Part shown: positions 8,011 to 17,300 of the stretch, piece after piece
How the letters are laid out: each line of letters begins with the position of its first letter
How positions within the stretch are numbered: position 1 is the first letter of the stretch
Virus record (IMG/VR): IMGVR_UViG_3300020202_000061
Location: 124,001 to 188,000 of that record
Strand: one strand, 5' to 3'
Length of the DNA stretch: 64,000 nucleotides
Position numbers and translations under genes: made by a program
The notes under the pieces: generated by a model
What the model was told of the DNA's origin: nothing
Seen by the model: the letters and a program-made list of their open reading frames with translations, nothing else
Database searches by the model: none

Positions 8011-8319
8011 ATGTTCGGGAATCTTATCAGGAACACCGTGGGCGCGGTCGCCGACATCGCCGAAGCCGGTCTGAATGTGGCCACGGCCGTGGCCAAGCCC
8101 GTGGTGAATGCCACGGTCGAAACCGCCAAGGCCGGAATCGAACTCGCTACCCCGCTGGTCGAGGTCGCCGTGGATGCGACCAAGGCTGGTGTGGAAGTTG
8201 CGACCGATCTGGCCAAACCCGTGGTCGATCTCACCGTCGAGGCCGCCGATACCGTGGTCGAGGCCGGTGCGGAAGTAGCACGCGATATCCGCGATGCTAC
8301 CCGCTCGCTCAAGGACTAA
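8011..8319 (+). CDS. Ala/Val/Thr-rich amphipathic repeat protein
   Basis: AGGA RBS; repeated AG.xVAT..AKPVV..TVE units. Confidence 0.6.
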   Translation: MFGNLIRNTVGAVADIAEAGLNVATAVAKPVVNATVETAKAGIELATPLVEVAVDATKAGVEVATDLAKPVVDLTVEAADTVVEAGAEVARDIRDATRSLKD

Positions 8320-8368
8320 AGAGGCCATACTCTAATCGTCTGAGGTTCTGAAACAGGAGAAATAAGTC

Positions 8369-8671
8369 ATGGGAATGTCCTTTCACGTGATCGCCGAGCG
8401 CGAACGTGACGCCGAGTTCCAACGCATGTTCGAGGTCCTTCGTGTATGCAAGGAAAACGACGTGTCCGTGCCCCCGGAGGTCGTCAAGTTCTTCGGTGAG
8501 AAAAATATCGAGAACTACGATGATGTCGAAACCATTGCGGATGCTGCCGTGGAGGTGGACATCGACAAGCTCGTGAAGGTGGTCCAGGGCGATTATTTCG
8601 AGGATCGTACCCTCGATCTCAAGGACCTCCCCGCCTCGGTCAAGCGGTTGAAGTTTCGCGTCAGCGCATGA
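8369..8671 (+). CDS. Hypothetical protein
   Basis: ORF track; AGGAG RBS. Confidence 0.65.
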   Translation: MGMSFHVIAERERDAEFQRMFEVLRVCKENDVSVPPEVVKFFGEKNIENYDDVETIADAAVEVDIDKLVKVVQGDYFEDRTLDLKDLPASVKRLKFRVSA

Positions 8672-8889
8672 TCGATCTGATCCAGATCGTCACCTCGGTG
8701 GCGGAATATCACTACGAGGTTACCGGCATTGCTGGTGCAATCCTCGCCGGAATCCTCATGGTGTTTGCGGTGATCTGGATGATCATCATATGGTTTGCGG
8801 TGATGCTGGCTCTGATCATTGGATTCGGGTGGCCTTTCATCTTGCTGGCCCTGATCATCTACATTATTGTTTGGATGATAAAAAGATGA
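8668..8889 (+). CDS. Small membrane protein
   Basis: Long hydrophobic stretch; ATGA overlap. Confidence 0.55.
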   Translation: MIDLIQIVTSVAEYHYEVTGIAGAILAGILMVFAVIWMIIIWFAVMLALIIGFGWPFILLALIIYIIVWMIKR

Positions 8890-8964
8890 AGAAAATTTGG
8901 GAAATGATCGGTGCTGGTATCGAAGTGATTTTCAACTTCGGAAGTTTGGATTAGAGGTGTCGCG

Positions 8965-9276
8965 ATGTGGTGGATTTTGGAATTCCTGGCAAATCCCTGG
9001 TTGATCTGGATCATGGTCGGGATTCTAGCCGTCGCCTTGATCGCGATGGTGGCGGAATTCCTGCTGGAAGCCTTCTCTGATTCTCCTCTATTCCATATGC
9101 TTGGACATTCGTGGTCCGTGAACAAGTGGGAGCCTGAGACGCGCCGAGCCATGCGCTGGGTCATGCCCTTGTGGATGATCTGGACCTTCTTGACATATGT
9201 TCCGGTCGCCATCATTTTGGGTACTCTTATTGGACTCGATGCCCTAAAGGACTCGATCAAGTCCTTTACCAAGTAA
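8965..9276 (+). CDS. Membrane protein
   Basis: Two hydrophobic segments; GAGG RBS. Confidence 0.6.
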   Translation: MWWILEFLANPWLIWIMVGILAVALIAMVAEFLLEAFSDSPLFHMLGHSWSVNKWEPETRRAMRWVMPLWMIWTFLTYVPVAIILGTLIGLDALKDSIKSFTK

Positions 9277-9284
9277 ATACCATC

Positions 9285-9317
9285 ATGAACAAGAACCTGC
9301 ACCGCACCTCCATATGA
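9285..9317 (+). CDS. Putative leader peptide MNKNLHRTSI (last codon ATA) upstream of tRNA-Ile(UAU)
   Basis: ATG 5 nt after TAAATA (same spacing as other apparent leaderless genes here); ATA-TGA overlaps a small terminator hairpin. Confidence 0.5.
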   Translation: MNKNLHRTSI

Positions 9318-9336
9318 CTCCCACTCAGGAGTTTTT
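9316..9336 (+). terminator. Small attenuator-like terminator immediately before tRNA-Ile
   Basis: (G)ACTCC-CACTCA-GGAGT(T) then TTT; weak stem. Confidence 0.45.
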
Positions 9337-9426
9337 GGGCGTGTGGTGTAATGGCAGCACAGCGGTCTTATAAGCCGTTCGTTCCGGACTGGAGCATAGA
9401 GACGGGTTCGATTCCCTCCACGCCTA
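9337..9426 (+). tRNA. tRNA-Ile(UAU) with long variable arm
   Basis: Acceptor GGGCGTG/CACGCCT, A73; anticodon loop CTTATAA; V-arm GTTCCG-GAC-TGGAGC; T-loop TTCGATT with bulged T-stem; CCA not encoded (CCG). Confidence 0.8.
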
Positions 9427-9430
9427 CCGA

Positions 9431-9451
9431 GGCCCCCTAGTGGGGCCTTTT
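9431..9451 (+). terminator. Intrinsic terminator after tRNA-Ile
   Basis: GGCCCC-CTAGT-GGGGCC-TTTT. Confidence 0.75.
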
Positions 9452-9459
9452 CTGCGTCT

Positions 9460-9543
9460 AAACCTAATTTTGGTGCAGCAGAAAAACCTAATTCCAGCAC
9501 AATAAACTCGAACCCGTACAACACAATAAACGCGAAACCGTAC
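9460..9543. repeat. Direct repeats with 24-nt period
   Basis: AAACCTAATT at 9460 and 9484; CACAATAAAC(T/G)CGAA(C/A)CCGTAC at 9498 and 9522. Confidence 0.7.
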
Positions 9544-9656
9544 GAAACCCCAGGGTTCGTCCCAGAGCCTGATCGTCTGTCCTAAATATTCCTGATCTTT
9601 TTACGTGGCTTAAGCCGCGCACGGGCCTTGTGCCCGATCAGGAGGAACTGACGGTT

Positions 9657-12600
9657 ATGGCTACGTTCAATAACCTCGATGGTACTATGCGCCCAACTTT
9701 CCAGATCGGAAAGGGTGGCCCCAAGCTCAACAACAACACCGGAACCATCGAAGCCAGGAACAACGCGAACTCCGCATACGCTCCGTTCCAGTCCAGCACG
9801 ATCACCCTGAATGGGGGCTCCTCCAGCACCACAGCATTAAATTTTGCATCCGATCCCAACACCGGTCTCTACCGGAGTGGTGCGGATGTTCTGATTCTCA
9901 CCGCAGGTGGTTCCGATCTGGTCACGGTGCAGTTGCCGGGTGCGACCAATTCCTCCGTCGTATTTGGTGGTGGTGCGGCGATTACGCTGCCCAGAGGTAA
10001 CACGGCGGCTCAGCCGAGCACGCCCGTCAACGGTATGATCCGTTACAACACGCAGACTGAACGATTCGAAGGTCGTGAGAACGGTGCGTGGGTGAACGTG
10101 ATCAGCGCGGGCAATGCCGTGCGTATCGCGGATACCGATTCGGATACCGTGATCGACACAGAGAGTTCACCGGACGAAGACATTATTCGTTTTAGCACCG
10201 GAGACAGTCCGGTCGGATACGGAGCGATTGCCAACATCATGACCTTGGCGAGTTCCGGCTGGATCATCAGTCTGGGAACCGCTGATACCGCAACGACTGT
10301 TGGCGCTCCCATCAGTATGACGGCGGGTACCGGCAACACCACGGGTGTTGGTGGTACGGTCACGATCAACGCCGGACAAGGTGGTGCGACTGCTGTTGGC
10401 GGCGCTATCACCATCAGCGGTGGTAGTGGTGGAAGCACTTCCGGCGCTGGTGGCGCAGTCACGGTGCGTGGTGGTACGGCCACTGCGGGTGCAGGTGGTG
10501 CAGTCACCGTCCAGGGCCGTGATGGTGTGGGCACCAACATGGCCGGTGGTAACGTAACAATCCAGGCCGGAGCCGCGACTGGTTCTGGCACTCCCGGACA
10601 GATCAGCCTGGATGGAACTGCGAGTGCGGTTCGTGTCCCGCTGGGTGTGGCGGCGGATGAAGCCGCTCTGACCACGAACGGTCAGATCAGATACGACACC
10701 GGCATCAATCGTTTCCGTGTTCGTCAGGGTGGTGCTTGGGGAAGTCTCGTTGTGGGCAATCCCGGTGTCCTCTCGGATGCCGATGGCGACACCATGATTC
10801 AGGTCGAAGAGAGCGCGGACGATGACACGATCCGATTCGACCTCGGTGATAGTCCGGCCGGATATGGGTCCATCCAGAACGCCCTGGTCATGTCCAGTGC
10901 CGGTTTTCACATCAACATGGGTGTGGCAGATGTAGCGACCACAGTTGGCGCTCGGATTGGCATCAGTGCGGGTCAAGGAAATACTTCAGGTGCTGGTGGA
11001 GCTATCGACATCTTTGCAGGTTCTGGTGGAAGCACCGGCACTGGTGGTGTTCTCACTCTGGCTGGTGGGGCCGGAGGAAGCACGAGTGGTGCTGGCGGCA
11101 ATGTAGAGATTCACGCTGGTGATGCGACCACATTGGGTGGTGGTGGCACTCTCACTATGACCGGTGGTAACGCGGTCGGTGGTAATAATTCGGGCGGCAC
11201 TATCACGATCACCGGAGGAACCCCGACCGGAACTGGGCAAGCAGGTTCCGTCAATATTACGGGTGGTGCCCTTGCGGGTGCTGGCACGCCCGGTTCGATC
11301 AGTATCAATGCGGGCGCGGGTAACGGCTCGACCACAGGCGGTACGATCTCGATCAACGCCGGTAACGGTGGCACGACCGGTGCAGGCGCGGTGGTCACGA
11401 TCAGTGGTGGTGCGGGCGGCTCCACGAGTGGTGCTGGTGGTGCTGTAACCCTTCAGGGTGGTGCTCCGACGACTTCCGGAGCGGGTGGCGCGGTCAACAT
11501 CACCGGACGTAACGCACTTGCCTCAAACAACGCGGGTGGCGCGGTCACGATCCTGGCGGGCAATGCCACGGGCACTGGTGTGGCAGGCTCGATCAGTCTC
11601 ACCGCAGGTGCGCTGGGCGGTGCAGGTACTGCGGGCGCGATCACTATCACAGCAGGTGCTGGCAACGGCGCGACCACAGGTGGCGGTCTCACGATGTCCG
11701 CCGGTAGCGGTGGATCGACCGGGGTTGGTGCGGCCACGATCCTCAATGGCGGTCCGGGTGGCACGACCTCAGGCGCTGGTGGCACGGTCACGATTCAGGG
11801 TGGTCTGCCGGTGGCAGGCGCAGGTGGCGCAGTCACCGTCCAGGGACGTGGTGGTGTCGGCACGAACCAAGCTGGTGGTGCGCTGAGCCTGTTGGCTGGG
11901 GCTGCGACCGGTACCGGTGTGGCTGGCTCTATCACGATCACGGGTGGTGCGTTGGGCGGTGCTGGCACTGCGGGAGCCGTCAATATCACGGGCGGTGCAG
12001 GCAACACCGGAACGACTGGTGGTGCGATGACGATCACTGCCGGTAACGGCGGTACGACCGGTGCGGGTGCGATTACCACGATCTCAGGCGGGCCGGGTGG
12101 TTCTACATCGGGTGCGGGTGGTGCGATCACCGTGCAGGGTGGTCTCCCGGTGGACGGAAATGGCGGCGCTGCGACTCTGGCCGGACGCAATGGCGTCGGC
12201 ACGAACCGTACAGGTGGCGCAGTCAGTATCACCTCGGGTAACGGAACCGGTACTGGTGGTTCAGGAAACATTTCTATCACTGCTGGAGCCCTGGCGGGTG
12301 CTGGTACTCCCGGAGTGATCTCGATCACCGGAGCAGCCGGATCGGGTGCGACCACAGGCGGAGCCGTCAATATCACGGGTGGTTCGGGTGGTACGACCGG
12401 TGTGGGCGCGAACATCGTGTTCACAGCGGGTCCAGGTGGCTCCACGAGTGGTGCTGGTGGTGCTGTAACCCTTCAGGGTGGAACCGCCACAGATGGCAAT
12501 GGCGGTGCGGTCAGTGTGATCGGTCGCGATGGCGTCGGCACCAACCGTAATGGCGGCTCGATCACGATCACCGCAGGTAGTCCAACCGGATCGGGCACGG

Positions 12601-14366
12601 CCGGAACAATTCAGAATGTCGTCGCCGGAACCACACTGATCACGGTGCAGGCCCACGGCACGCAGAATTCCTCAGTCATCTTCGGTGGAACCGCCGCGAT
12701 CACTCTCCCAATTGGAACCACGGCGCAGCGTCCGCAAACCCCGGTCAATGGAATGATTCGCTACAACAGCGAGACCGGTAAGCTCGAAGGTCGCGAGGGT
12801 GGTGCATGGCAGGACCTCGTCAATCTGGGCGGTGCCGTTCAGGTTCAGATCAGAGACGCAGATTCCGATACCTCTGTGAACACCGAGTTGAACGCGGATG
12901 AAGACATCATCCGATTCAACACCGGAGATACTCCTGCCGGATACGGTGCAGTCACCAACATCATGACGCTCGCATCGAGTGGCCTCACGGTGGCCATGGG
13001 TACGGCAGATGTGGCCGCCACTGTGGGTGCCCCGATCAGCCTGACAGCGGGAACCGGAAACACCACGGGTGTTGGCGGTGCTCTGACGATCACGGCTGGA
13101 CAGGGCGGAGCCACGGGTGCGGGTGGTGTTCTGACCCTGGACGGTGGTGCGGGTGGTGTAACGAGCGGTGCTGGTGGAAACGTCCAGGTCCGTGGTGGTG
13201 TCGCAACGACATCTGGTGCGGGCGGATCGGTTACGATCTCGGGTCGCGTAGGTGTGGGAACGAACCAGAACGGTGGTGGAGTAACGATCACCGGAGGCAA
13301 CCCCACTGGTACGGGAACTCCCGGATCGGTCGCGATCACCGCAGGTGCCCTACAGGGTGCGGGAACAGCGGCTACGATCACTCTCACGGGTGGTGCTGGA
13401 AATGGTGCGACCTCGGGAGGCGCGGTCAATCTGATTGGTGGAACTGGTGGCACAACAGGCGCAGGCGCGGGTGTCTCGCTCACGGGTGGTGCTGGTGGTT
13501 CAACGAGCGGTGCCGCAGGTGGTGTCAGTCTAAGCGGTGGAGTTCCGGTCGATGGCAATGGTGGGGCAATCGCTCTAACCGGATCGGCTGGTATCGGTAC
13601 GAATCGTGCTGGTGGGTCGATCACTCTGACTGCGGGAGCCAGTACTGGATCGGGTGCGGTCGGAATCATTACACTGACCGGAACTGAATCGGCGGTTGTG
13701 GTTCCGATTGGAACCAACGCGGGTGAAGCCGCGCTCACCACGAACGGTATGCTCCGTTATGACAGCGGCACTAACCGCTTGCGTCTGCGTCAGGGTGGCA
13801 CATGGCAGAACGTCGTCGTCGGAACCGGAGGTTCGCTCTACTTCGACGATGATGGTGGTACACCCACAGATGCGCCGAGCGCGACCGGTACGGATTCCAT
13901 CGCCATTGGTGATGGTGCGGTAGCCAACAATTACGGACAGCTTGCCTTCGCCAACGGCAAATTCACCACGGCTGGTGATTTCAAGACCAGCATGTATGTG
14001 CTCCGCAACACCACGATCAATGCGACCCAGACTGAACTCTTCCGGGACGCGACCTCTCAGAGAATGGTGCTGTCCAACGATAGCACTTGGAAGTTCCGCA
14101 TCGACGTGGTGGCACGTCGTACGGATGCAGATGGGGAATCCGCTGCCTATCAGTTCGAGGGTTGTATCGACCGCAATACGAACGCGGCGAGCACGGCAAT
14201 TGTCGGAAACGTCATCAAGAATATCGTCGCCGAAGACATCACTGCCTGGGATGTGGAGGTGAATGCGGACACCACCAACGGATCACTGCGCATCCAGGTG
14301 ACGGGCGAAGCCGCGAAGACGATCCGTTGGGTTGCCTTTGTGAGCACGGTCGAGGTCATCGGATAA
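9657..14366 (+). CDS. Giant Gly-rich virion fibre protein 1
   Basis: GGAGG RBS before ATG 9657; TAAATA promoter; many GG.(V/I)T(I/L).GG repeats; LP.GTTAQRP..GMIRYN fibre motifs. Confidence 0.8.
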   Translation: MATFNNLDGTMRPTFQIGKGGPKLNNNTGTIEARNNANSAYAPFQSSTITLNGGSSSTTALNFASDPNTGLYRSGADVLILTAGGSDLVTVQLPGATNSSVVFGGGAAITLPRGNTAAQPSTPVNGMIRYNTQTERFEGRENGAWVNVISAGNAVRIADTDSDTVIDTESSPDEDIIRFSTGDSPVGYGAIANIMTLASSGWIISLGTADTATTVGAPISMTAGTGNTTGVGGTVTINAGQGGATAVGGAITISGGSGGSTSGAGGAVTVRGGTATAGAGGAVTVQGRDGVGTNMAGGNVTIQAGAATGSGTPGQISLDGTASAVRVPLGVAADEAALTTNGQIRYDTGINRFRVRQGGAWGSLVVGNPGVLSDADGDTMIQVEESADDDTIRFDLGDSPAGYGSIQNALVMSSAGFHINMGVADVATTVGARIGISAGQGNTSGAGGAIDIFAGSGGSTGTGGVLTLAGGAGGSTSGAGGNVEIHAGDATTLGGGGTLTMTGGNAVGGNNSGGTITITGGTPTGTGQAGSVNITGGALAGAGTPGSISINAGAGNGSTTGGTISINAGNGGTTGAGAVVTISGGAGGSTSGAGGAVTLQGGAPTTSGAGGAVNITGRNALASNNAGGAVTILAGNATGTGVAGSISLTAGALGGAGTAGAITITAGAGNGATTGGGLTMSAGSGGSTGVGAATILNGGPGGTTSGAGGTVTIQGGLPVAGAGGAVTVQGRGGVGTNQAGGALSLLAGAATGTGVAGSITITGGALGGAGTAGAVNITGGAGNTGTTGGAMTITAGNGGTTGAGAITTISGGPGGSTSGAGGAITVQGGLPVDGNGGAATLAGRNGVGTNRTGGAVSITSGNGTGTGGSGNISITAGALAGAGTPGVISITGAAGSGATTGGAVNITGGSGGTTGVGANIVFTAGPGGSTSGAGGAVTLQGGTATDGNGGAVSVIGRDGVGTNRNGGSITITAGSPTGSGTAGTIQNVVAGTTLITVQAHGTQNSSVIFGGTAAITLPIGTTAQRPQTPVNGMIRYNSETGKLEGREGGAWQDLVNLGGAVQVQIRDADSDTSVNTELNADEDIIRFNTGDTPAGYGAVTNIMTLASSGLTVAMGTADVAATVGAPISLTAGTGNTTGVGGALTITAGQGGATGAGGVLTLDGGAGGVTSGAGGNVQVRGGVATTSGAGGSVTISGRVGVGTNQNGGGVTITGGNPTGTGTPGSVAITAGALQGAGTAATITLTGGAGNGATSGGAVNLIGGTGGTTGAGAGVSLTGGAGGSTSGAAGGVSLSGGVPVDGNGGAIALTGSAGIGTNRAGGSITLTAGASTGSGAVGIITLTGTESAVVVPIGTNAGEAALTTNGMLRYDSGTNRLRLRQGGTWQNVVVGTGGSLYFDDDGGTPTDAPSATGTDSIAIGDGAVANNYGQLAFANGKFTTAGDFKTSMYVLRNTTINATQTELFRDATSQRMVLSNDSTWKFRIDVVARRTDADGESAAYQFEGCIDRNTNAASTAIVGNVIKNIVAEDITAWDVEVNADTTNGSLRIQVTGEAAKTIRWVAFVSTVEVIG

Positions 14367-14379
14367 GGAATGAACAGAT

Positions 14380-17300
14380 ATGACTATCAATATTAATCAT
14401 CAGACCGAAACCATCACGTCGAACACGATCATCACATTTGGTGATTCGAACGCGATCATCCTACCCACGGGTAACACGGCGGCACAGCCCAGCACGGATG
14501 GTGCGATCCGCTACAACTCACAGACCTCCAAGTTGGAAGGTCGTGAAGGTGGTGTCTGGGGCAACCTGATCAGTGCTTCGTCTACACCGATTCTGATCCG
14601 GGATGCCGACGCGGATACGCGTGTTCGAGTGGAAGCCTCTGCTGACGAGGATATCATCCGATTCGACACCGGAGATACTCCGGCTGGATACGGTGCGGTC
14701 GCCAACATCATGACGCTCGCATCGAGCGGGTGGACCGTCGCCATGGGTACGGCAGATGTGGCCGCCACCAATGGTGCTCAGATCAGCCTGACAGCGGGTC
14801 ATGGAAACACTTCTGGTGGTGGTGGTTTCCTAATCCTTCAGGCTGGTGATGGCGGCTCAACTGGTTCTGGGGGTAGTGCGTCTCTTCAAGGAGGAACTGG
14901 TGGTGCGACATCTGGTGCAGGTGGTGATGTCACGGTTCGCGGTGGTAATTCGGCAGATGGCAATGGCGGGTCGGTTCAGGTTTCCGGTCGTAATGCAGCG
15001 GGAACAAATCGCACGGGCGGTAGTGTTTCGATTTTCGGTGGTAATGCTACTGGCACTGGTGCTGGTGGTAACGTAACGATTTCAGGCGGTGCCCTAGCGG
15101 GTGTTGGATCGGGTGGATTGATTTCTATTACCGGAGGTGTTGGTTCGGGATCGACCTCAGGTGGCTCGGTCACAATTACTGCGGGCTCGGGTGGAATTTC
15201 TGGTCTGGGCGCAACAACAATCGTTCAGGGCGGACCGGGTGGCACGACCTCGGGTGCAGGTGGTGTTCTGACTCTGCGTGGTGGTTCGGCCACGGATGGT
15301 AGTGGTGGTGCCGTCTCACTGATTGGACGCGATGGCACCGGCACAAACCGTGCGGGTGGTAACGCCAGCATTTCCGCTGGTAACGCTACGGGCACCGGAA
15401 ATGCCGGACAAGTCATTATCACGGGTGGTGCGCTGGCTGGTGCTGGCACACCCGGTGATGTCAACATCACTGGTGGTGCCGGACAAGGCGCAAATGTCGG
15501 TGGCAACGTAAACATCACAGGCGGTAATGGTGGTGCGACTGCCATTGGTGCGAACGTTGTTGTTGATGCCGGTCCTGGTGGTTCTACGACGGGTAGTGGC
15601 GGAACTCTATTCTTGCGTGGCGGCTCGGCCACGGATGGTAATGGTGGCTCGATCACCGTGCAGGGTCGTGATGGGACAGGCACGAACCGCGATGGTGGTA
15701 ATGTCACTATACAGGCTGGCAACTTCACTGGTTCGGGCGCTCGCGGCATCATCACTCTGACCGGTACTGATACGGCTGTGGTGTTGCCGGTCGGAACTGC
15801 GGGTGCGGAAGCTTCTCTCACCACAAACGGTATGCTCCGTTACGACAGCGGCACTGGAAAGTTTCGTGCCCGTCAGGCCGGAACCTGGGTGGACGTGATC
15901 AGTGCGGGTTCGACCCCGGCATTCATCGTGGACACCGATGGCGACACTCGTGTGCACACCGAGGCCAGTGCCGACGAGGATATCATCCGCTTCAACGTGG
16001 GTGATTCGCCTGTCGGATATGGTGCGGTCGCCAACATCATGACGCTCGCATCGAGCGGGTGGACCGTCGCCATGGGTACGGCTGATACGGCTGCGACTGC
16101 TGGTGCCCCTATCTCGATTACTGGTGGAACCGGAAACACGTCGGGAGCGGGTGGTAATACCTCACTACGTGCTGGTCAAGGTGGAGCGTCGGGAATTGGA
16201 GGAAGCCTTTTCCTAACTGGTGGTGCTGGTGGTGCTACCGGAGCCGGTGGTGAAATCATTGTTGAGGCCGGACCTGGGGGTACGACCAGCGGTAACGGTG
16301 GTGTTCTTACCTTGCGTGGAGGAAATCCCACCGATGGCAACGGTGGTGGCGTCACCATCTCCGGTCGTACCGGACAAGGCACCAATCGTGCGGGTGGTGG
16401 AATAACCCTTACCGGTGGAACCTCATCAGGTTCGGGTACTGCTGGTGCAATCAGTATCACTGCTGGTTTCGGTGGTACTGGTGCTGGTGGCACAGTCACG
16501 ATCACTGGTGGTACGGCTGGTACAGGAAACGTTGGTGGTGCGGTCACGATCAGTGGTGGCACTGGACAAGGTGCTGGTGCTGGTGGTGCAACCATCATTC
16601 AGGGTGGTGCAGCCGGAGCTACTGGTGCTGGTGGTTTGATCACCGTGCGTGGTGGAACCGCGACCGATGGTAATGGAGGTGGCGTTGTAGTTGAAGGACG
16701 CCCTGGGGTGGGTACCAACCGCAATGGCGGTCAGGTCAATATCACTGGAGGCAACCCGACCGGAACCGGAAATGCTGGAATCATCAGCATCGTTGGTGGC
16801 GCTCTTCAGGGTGTAGGTGCACCGGGAACCGTGTCGATCACGGGTGGTGCAGGCAATGGCTCCACGGGCGGTGGATCGGTCGATATCATTGGTGGTTCTG
16901 GAGGCACAACCGGCATTGGTGCAAATGTCACGATCACTGCTGGCCCTGGTGGTTCCACATCGGGTGCTGGTGGTATCGCATCACTTCGTGGTGGTCTGCC
17001 CGTGGATGGCAACGGTGGCGATGTACAGGTGCTTGGCCGTAACGCTGTTGGAACGAATCGCAATGGCGGCAACGTCACAATCACCTCAGGCAACGCTACG
17101 GGTACAGGCTCGGGCGGTGCGATCAGTATTACTGGCGGTGCGCTGGCTGGTGCTGGAATAGCGAATGACGTGTCGATCACAGGTGGTGCAGGTTCAGGTG
17201 CGACCACTGGGGGCGGAATTACGATTACGGCTGGCTCGGGTGGTTCGACCGGAGCCGGAGCAGATATCACCATTCAAGGTGGTCCGGGAGGCTCTACGTC

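Noticed and set aside
9460-9543. CRISPR mini-array
   Set aside because: Only two copies per repeat, no spacer-length unique sequence, no cas genes
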